Origin: a bacterium
GTDB lineage: Bacteria; Zhuqueibacterota; Zhuqueibacteria; Oceanimicrobiales; Oceanimicrobiaceae
Length of the DNA: 30,245 nt
Direction of reading: 5' to 3'
Assembly (NCBI GenBank): GCA_046757165.1
Contig: JBHHXT010000042.1
Coordinates: 1-30,245, forward strand
The notes under the pieces were generated by a model, which saw nothing but the letters and a program-made list of their open reading frames with translations, ran no database searches and was not told the origin of the DNA. Of this stretch, positions 24,979-30,245 are shown one piece after another (within the stretch, counting starts at the first letter, position 1; each line of letters starts with the position of its first letter). Made by a program: the position numbers and the translations under genes.

Positions 24979-27900
24979 ATGAAAAGGTGGTTGCTCTCCT
25001 CAGTCGTGTTGATTGGGGCCTGCCTGCTGATCTTCAAGAATTTTCCTTCCGGACACTCACAACCAAACCAGGCCCAGAAGTTTGCGACCGGGAGCCCGGA
25101 GGACCCGGAAGCACGGGCCCGGTTCGAAAAGATGCGTTTGCAGGACCCGCGGACCCGGAGCATCCCGCCTGGAATTCGCGCAGCGGAATTGCGATTTGTC
25201 AGGACCCTCCCGAAAACAGGGTCTGTCGCCCTCGACCCGGGAGGTGGACATTCTCATAGCCGACCGTTGAGATGGCAGCAGCGTGGCCCGTCCAATATTA
25301 GCGGACGAACGCGCGCCCTCGCCTATGATGTTTCCAATCCAAACATCATCCTGGCCGGGGGAGTCACCGGCGGCATGTGGCGTTCCCTCGATGGCGGCCA
25401 GAGCTGGGTGCGGACAACCGGTGCTCAGCAACACCCTTCGGTCACCGCTCTGGTTCAGGATGTCCGTCCGGGCAAGACAAATGTCTGGTATGTTGGCAGC
25501 GGAGAACGCAAAGGCAACAGCGCCAGCGCTGGCGGTGCTCTTTTCATGGGCGACGGCATTTTCAAATCAACAGACGGCGGTGCCTCCTGGCGCTTGCTGC
25601 CGGCCACGGCTTCGGGTCAGCCGCAGAGATTCGATAACTTCTTCGACTATGTCTGGAATCTGGCCACCGATGCTTCGAATCTCCAGCAAGACGAAGTTTA
25701 CGTGGCCACTCATAACACCATCCGGCGCAGCCTGGACGGCGGCGCGACATGGCAAATCGTTCTGGGCGACCGCTCTCTGACGAGCCACTATGCCGACGTC
25801 GCCGTGACCTCTACCGGAGTCGTTTACGCAGCCTTCGGCAGCGGCGGGTCGACAAAAGGCCTCTGGCGTTCCACGGATGGCGCGCCGCAAAACTGGACTG
25901 AAATTACGCCCGCCGGCTGGTCGGCGGCCTACAATCGCATCGTCATGGGCATTGCGCCCTCGAACGAAGCCGTCGTTTATTTTCTGGTGGAAACACCGTG
26001 GGATGGTGCGCTGAAACATCAGTTGTGGCGCTACACTTACCTCGGGGAGGATGGCTCCGGGGCAGGCGGCGAGTGGCTGAACCTGACCGAGAACTTGCCG
26101 GCATTCGGCTCTCCAGTCGGCAATTTTGACTCCCAAGATTCCTATGATATGCTGGTGCGCGTACACCCGCAGCAAGAAAATGTCGTCTTTCTCGGCGGCA
26201 CCAATCTTTACCGCTCGAGCGATGGCTTCCTGACCAGCGAAGCCATTGCCTGGATCGGGGGATATGCTCCGGCAAACAATGTCACCTCTTACAAAGGTCA
26301 CCACCCCGACCAGCACGCGCTCGCCTTCCATCCTCAGCAGCCCAACGTGATGCTTTCCGGCCACGATGGCGGCATCAGCATCACCCACGATAACCTGGCC
26401 GAAACCGTCATGTGGGACTCCCTGAATCACGGCTATGTCACGACGCAGTTCTACACCATCGCGCTGGACCCTGCCACGCCTGGCAGCGATCTTCTCATCG
26501 GCGGGATGCAGGACAACGGCACCTGGCTCAGCAAGGATTCCGATGGTGGCGTGCCCTGGACTCCGGTGTTTGCCGGCGACGGGGCTTTCTGCGCCCTGGC
26601 GCCTGGCGGCGACACCTGCTATGTTTCAGTTCAGCTCGGTACGGTTTTTCGTCTGGCCCTCGATGGTTCAGGCCACGTGCTCTCATCTGCGAATGTGACC
26701 CCTGCTGATGCAACGGGCTTCTTGTTTATCAATCCCTTTGTTCTGGATCCGCATGACGCCCACGTCATGTACCTTGCGGCCGGCAACCGTGTCTGGCGCA
26801 ACCACGATCTGAGCCGCATTCCGGCATCTGAGCAAAAAACCCTGGTCAACTGGAGGCCGGTTGCAAAGATTGCAGACTCGGACGCCAGGGTGACAGCACT
26901 CGGCATCTCGCGGGAACCGGCAAACCGGCTTTACTACGGCACCAATGATGGCCGCGTCTATCGCGTCGATAACGCAGCGCGGAACCAGACAACACCAGGG
27001 TTGGTGAGCGGTGAGGACGAGCTGCCCGCAGCTTACATCAACTGCATCGCAGTCGACCCCACAGACGCAGATCGAGTGGCCGTGGTCTTTTCGAACTACA
27101 ATGTGCCGAGCCTGTTCTTCTCGGCCGATGGGGGAGAAACCTGGCAGCAGGTCAGCGGCAATCTGGAGGAATTCCCGGATGGTTCTGGCAGCGGGCCGTC
27201 AACGCGGTGGATGGCAATTGTGCCACAGGGGAACGCGACGCATTATTTTGTCGGCACCAGCACCGGGCTGTATTCCACGACATCCCTCGATGGCCCGGCC
27301 ACAGTCTGGATTCAGGAGGGGGCGACCACCATTGGCAACGCCGTGGTAGCCATGGTCGCTGCCCGTCTCCCGGACGGCCTGGTGGTGGCCGCGACTCATG
27401 GACGCGGGGTGTTCGCTGCGCGGCTCGCTGCGCGCACAAATGTTGAATTCACTTCGTTTGAGGCAGAGCTTCTCCCCGGCACGTTCGACGTAAGGCTCGC
27501 CTGGCGAACGGCGGCTGAGCTGAACACGGCCGGCTTTGAAATCGAAAGACGAGAAGACAACCAGGAGGCCTGGGCGACGATTGGATTTGTGCCGGGAACC
27601 GGCACGGTTGCCGGCGGCGAATATGTGTTCGTCGATGACGTCACCTCTCTGATTGCAAGGAACGTGGCCGAGGTTTCGTATCGGTTGAAACATGTTAGCC
27701 AGGACGGGACCGCAGAGCTCTCGCACGAGATCGTGGTGCCGGTGGAGGTGGTGCCGGTCGCGCTGGTTGATTTCAGCGGCGATCTGCAAAACGAGAGCCT
27801 CACGGTGCGGCTGGAATGGCACACGGCACTGGAGGTGCAAAGCAAACGGTTTCTCATCGAAAGAAGGGGCGGCTCCGGCAACGACGAGTGGCATGAAATC

Positions 27901-28368
27901 GGCGTCCGCGCCGGCCAGGGCACCACCGATGAACCAAGCCACTACTTGTTTGCTGAAAATGTCGCAGGACTGCATGAATCGGGAGTCAAAACCCTCACCT
28001 ACCGTCTGATGCACGAAACCTCGGACGGGCGCGCAAGTGTCCTTGGAGCGGTGGAAATTGACCTGCCCGCTCCGCCATCAAGATTTGCCCTGCAGCAGAA
28101 TTATCCCAATCCGTTCAACCCAACCACCCGCTTCGTCTATGAACTGCCAGCTCCTGGCCACGTGAAACTCGAAATCTACAACCTGCTCGGCCAGAGCGTG
28201 GCCATCCTCGTCAATGAAGAACAAAGCCGTGGGCGCCACACGTTGGTCTGGGATGCGTCTCAAAGTGGGCTGGCATCAGGGGTGTATTTTTATAGAATTG
28301 AAGTGACCGCGGTCGATGGCCGTCAAAAGAAGAGGACGGACATCAGGAAGTTGGTGTTTGCGAAGTAA
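24979..28368 (+). CDS. Large secreted BNR/Asp-box beta-propeller protein with two Ig-like repeats and a T9SS-type C-terminal sorting domain
   Basis: Signal or anchor at the N-terminus; GPSNISGRTRAL; repeated S.DGG..W boxes; HPDQH; GGMQDNGT; ATHGRGVF; two VEF/VAL..F..V.L.W.T..E....F.IERR modules; FALQQNYPNPFNP..LASGVYFYRI..KLVFAK. Confidence 0.88.
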   Translation: MKRWLLSSVVLIGACLLIFKNFPSGHSQPNQAQKFATGSPEDPEARARFEKMRLQDPRTRSIPPGIRAAELRFVRTLPKTGSVALDPGGGHSHSRPLRWQQRGPSNISGRTRALAYDVSNPNIILAGGVTGGMWRSLDGGQSWVRTTGAQQHPSVTALVQDVRPGKTNVWYVGSGERKGNSASAGGALFMGDGIFKSTDGGASWRLLPATASGQPQRFDNFFDYVWNLATDASNLQQDEVYVATHNTIRRSLDGGATWQIVLGDRSLTSHYADVAVTSTGVVYAAFGSGGSTKGLWRSTDGAPQNWTEITPAGWSAAYNRIVMGIAPSNEAVVYFLVETPWDGALKHQLWRYTYLGEDGSGAGGEWLNLTENLPAFGSPVGNFDSQDSYDMLVRVHPQQENVVFLGGTNLYRSSDGFLTSEAIAWIGGYAPANNVTSYKGHHPDQHALAFHPQQPNVMLSGHDGGISITHDNLAETVMWDSLNHGYVTTQFYTIALDPATPGSDLLIGGMQDNGTWLSKDSDGGVPWTPVFAGDGAFCALAPGGDTCYVSVQLGTVFRLALDGSGHVLSSANVTPADATGFLFINPFVLDPHDAHVMYLAAGNRVWRNHDLSRIPASEQKTLVNWRPVAKIADSDARVTALGISREPANRLYYGTNDGRVYRVDNAARNQTTPGLVSGEDELPAAYINCIAVDPTDADRVAVVFSNYNVPSLFFSADGGETWQQVSGNLEEFPDGSGSGPSTRWMAIVPQGNATHYFVGTSTGLYSTTSLDGPATVWIQEGATTIGNAVVAMVAARLPDGLVVAATHGRGVFAARLAARTNVEFTSFEAELLPGTFDVRLAWRTAAELNTAGFEIERREDNQEAWATIGFVPGTGTVAGGEYVFVDDVTSLIARNVAEVSYRLKHVSQDGTAELSHEIVVPVEVVPVALVDFSGDLQNESLTVRLEWHTALEVQSKRFLIERRGGSGNDEWHEIGVRAGQGTTDEPSHYLFAENVAGLHESGVKTLTYRLMHETSDGRASVLGAVEIDLPAPPSRFALQQNYPNPFNPTTRFVYELPAPGHVKLEIYNLLGQSVAILVNEEQSRGRHTLVWDASQSGLASGVYFYRIEVTAVDGRQKKRTDIRKLVFAK

Positions 28369-28382
28369 GTGAAGTAATGTTC

Positions 28383-28769
28383 TTACCAGATAACGTTAAC
28401 TTGTCGATACCCTTGGACCTTTCTGTCTTTACTTACCAAGCTCACACCATGGTGTAGGCATGTGGCAACGATCATGCAATCAGCGGGATCGCCGGCGAAA
28501 TTGCCTGGTAGTCGCGTTGACGACACGATAATTTTGGGCGTGAGTTGCAGTAATCTCAACTTCGGGCGCGCCAGCGCTTGTTCAATCCAATCTTGAACAT
28601 CTATCATGAACCCGATTCGTTGTTTGGCAACGAGCATCGCCACTTCCCAGCAAGAGATGACGCTGACTCCGACAGAATCATCATGACTGATGATCTCGTG
28701 TGCTCTTGAAGATAACCTTTCGTCTTCGTTTACCCACCATATCCAGGCATGTGTGTCAAGCAAAATCAT
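28383..28769 (-). CDS. vapC: VapC-family PIN-domain toxin
   Basis: MILLDTHAWIWW, SVISCWEVAML, DPADCMIVAT, SKD; ATGA overlap with the antitoxin gene. Confidence 0.92.
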   Translation of the reverse strand: MILLDTHAWIWWVNEDERLSSRAHEIISHDDSVGVSVISCWEVAMLVAKQRIGFMIDVQDWIEQALARPKLRLLQLTPKIIVSSTRLPGNFAGDPADCMIVATCLHHGVSLVSKDRKVQGYRQVNVIW

Positions 28770-28993
28770 CGCTGAGCTTCCCATTCTACATTAATTGCAG
28801 AGACGATATCATCCTGAAAGATAATACAGCCCTTAAGCGGATTTTCTTCAGTCTCTCTCGAGTCGGAATAGGGAACGACACGAGCAACAGGTTTGCCATA
28901 CTTCGTCACAACTATCGATTGTTGAGTTCTTGCTACTTCGTCGAGCAAGGACAAGCAATGGGTCTTGAATTTTCCAGCAGGAATTTGTTTCAT
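28766..28993 (-). CDS. Phd/YefM-family antitoxin
   Basis: FKTHCLSLLDEV....IVVTKYGKPVARVVP; 75 aa; directly upstream of vapC. Confidence 0.92.
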   Translation of the reverse strand: MKQIPAGKFKTHCLSLLDEVARTQQSIVVTKYGKPVARVVPYSDSRETEENPLKGCIIFQDDIVSAINVEWEAQR

Positions 28994-29010
28994 TTCTATT
29001 CCTCACGATA

Positions 29011-29070
29011 TGACCATTAAGTTTGACTATGGTTAGAATAAAATATAAGAATGGTCCACATGAGATGCAA
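29011..29070 (-). promoter_or_regulatory. Sigma70-type promoter with putative antitoxin operator repeats
   Basis: Minus strand TTGCAT (29070-29065), 17-nt spacer, TATATT (29047-29042). TGACCAT, TGACTATGGTTA and ATGGTC sites at 29011, 29024 and 29051. Confidence 0.6.
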
Positions 29071-29115
29071 GAGTTTTGTAGCTATCTTGAATGTCCGGGT
29101 TAAGAGTTTCGTAAG

Positions 29116-29796
29116 CTATCCTCGACCTCTCTGGTCCTGTTGTAACTGAACACAAAACCGCCTCAATCTGGACTCATCCAGCCGCCCTGCCACACGCACA
29201 CCACTACAAACATCCAAACCGAACGGTCCGACTTGCTCCACCGCTTTGCGAACATTTTCCGGGTTCAGGCCGCCGGCCAGATAAGTGGGGACTTCGACCC
29301 GCTCGCGAATCTGCCTGCTCAAAGACCAATCGTGCGTCCGCCCGGTGCCGCCGAGCTTCTTGACTTTTGAAACCGGATCGCCGGAATCCAACAAAATCGT
29401 GTCCACGTGCGGCGCCACAGCCAGCGCTTCTGCAACCGATGCTTCGCCGGTAACATGGACCACCTGCACAATGCCGATGCCCGGCAGAGCGGCCCTCAGC
29501 TCTTGCTGCCTGCCCTTCTCCAGGCGGTCGACGAGCTGGATCGTGTTTGTACGGCATCTGTGGTGCTGGGCGATGATCGCATCGACATCTTGCTTGCTGG
29601 TCAGAAGAAAGGTCGCGACTCCTGGTGGCACGGCGGCGGCGATTTCGGCAATCTCTTCTTCTGAAATCACACCGGGACCGCTGGGCATGGCAGAAACAAG
29701 CCCGAGGGCGCTTGCGCCGTATTTGATAGCCAGCCAGGCCTCTTCCTGGCTTTGAATACAGCAAATCTTGACTCTGGGAGATGGCGTTGCGTGCAT
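29116..29796 (-). CDS. trpF: Phosphoribosylanthranilate isomerase (TrpF) family protein, stand-alone
   Basis: RVKICCI, GASALGLV, LLDS, LGGTGRTHDW, LAGGLNPENV, GLDVCSGV. Confidence 0.88.
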   Translation of the reverse strand: MHATPSPRVKICCIQSQEEAWLAIKYGASALGLVSAMPSGPGVISEEEIAEIAAAVPPGVATFLLTSKQDVDAIIAQHHRCRTNTIQLVDRLEKGRQQELRAALPGIGIVQVVHVTGEASVAEALAVAPHVDTILLDSGDPVSKVKKLGGTGRTHDWSLSRQIRERVEVPTYLAGGLNPENVRKAVEQVGPFGLDVCSGVRVAGRLDESRLRRFCVQLQQDQRGRG

Positions 29797-29992
29797 GAAA
29801 ATAACGGCTCTATCTCGATCTGTGTGGGTAGGTACTACTTAACTCCAAATTCTAAAAAAAGCTGCCTGAACGCAAAACTCTTGCCCAAAAAAAACAAGAG
29901 TTGACTTTTCAGTTCTTAAGCTGTGTTATTCACAAGAGATTAGCAAATATTCCCATAATCGCTTGAGTATGCAATACCTTAACGGAATAAAG

Positions 29993-30042
29993 AGGAGTGC
30001 AACGCTTTAGCGTTGCATGAAATGCTAAAGCATTTCACTCCT
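29993..30042. repeat. REP-doublet-like compound palindrome
   Basis: aggagtgcaacgctttagcgttgca versus the reverse complement of tgaaatgctaaagcatttcactcct: 25 bp with 4 mismatches, and each arm is itself a hairpin. Confidence 0.75.
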
Positions 30043-30245
30043 TACGTGTTGGCCCTTGCTGGGAGAAATTCATGAATTATTCGGGTCAAGAATATTTTGT
30101 CATGCATATCATTGTGTTTCTTGGGCACGATTTTTCGGTGACCTTCGGCGACTTCGGTGATTTTCGGTGGTCATAAGATCTCTCCCATAAGACGGCATAG
30201 AACTAAAGTGGTCCCTGTCGAGTCGAAGGATGGGCCTCGCAGCTC

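Noticed and set aside
29116..29764. 186-aa overlapping ORF (29204-29764) and the other long alternative-frame or antisense ORFs across the window
   Set aside because: They are shadows of well-supported genes in GC-rich DNA and contain no recognisable motifs.
30131..30172. Short ttcggtga-type tandem repeats as a CRISPR array
   Set aside because: The units are 9-10 bp with no spacers, and no cas genes are present.

Overview
Moderately GC-rich bacterial DNA, probably from an FCB-superphylum lineage such as KSB1/Calditrichota. This is inferred from a 'QNYPNPFNP' C-terminal sorting domain occurring together with flagellar genes. From left to right: (1) a four-gene + strand operon behind a near-consensus sigma54 promoter, encoding a gamma-glutamyltranspeptidase-family protein, a stand-alone 7TM_transglut/CapC-like membrane protein, a non-canonical Ddl-like ATP-grasp ligase and an AlgE-like outer-membrane barrel, together a candidate ATP-grasp-based polypeptide or poly-amino-acid synthesis and export system; (2) an MNT-HEPN pair with a frameshifted HEPN gene, bracketed by a ~114-bp degenerate direct repeat; (3) a minus-strand respiratory module: a histidine kinase fused to a complete MobA domain, an NtrC-type sigma54 activator, a sigma54-like promoter with tandem palindromic enhancer-like sites, a porin, a ttrBCA/srdBCA-like molybdoenzyme and a stand-alone copy of the activator's receiver domain; (4) an Hpt protein; (5) a sigma28-type late flagellar operon, fliS-fliS2-fliD-fliT-flgM; (6) a DUF6526 pseudogene, a nicotinamidase/isochorismatase-family hydrolase behind a structured leader, and a DUF2252-like protein with a signal peptide; (7) a large secreted BNR beta-propeller protein, a Phd-VapC pair and a solitary trpF. 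Several REP-like palindromes lie in the intergenic spaces. No rRNA, tRNA, CRISPR array or transposase was seen. The two best candidates for new biology are the GGT/7TM/ATP-grasp/AlgE operon and the kinase-MobA fusion module. All family calls come from motif recognition by eye; no searches were run.
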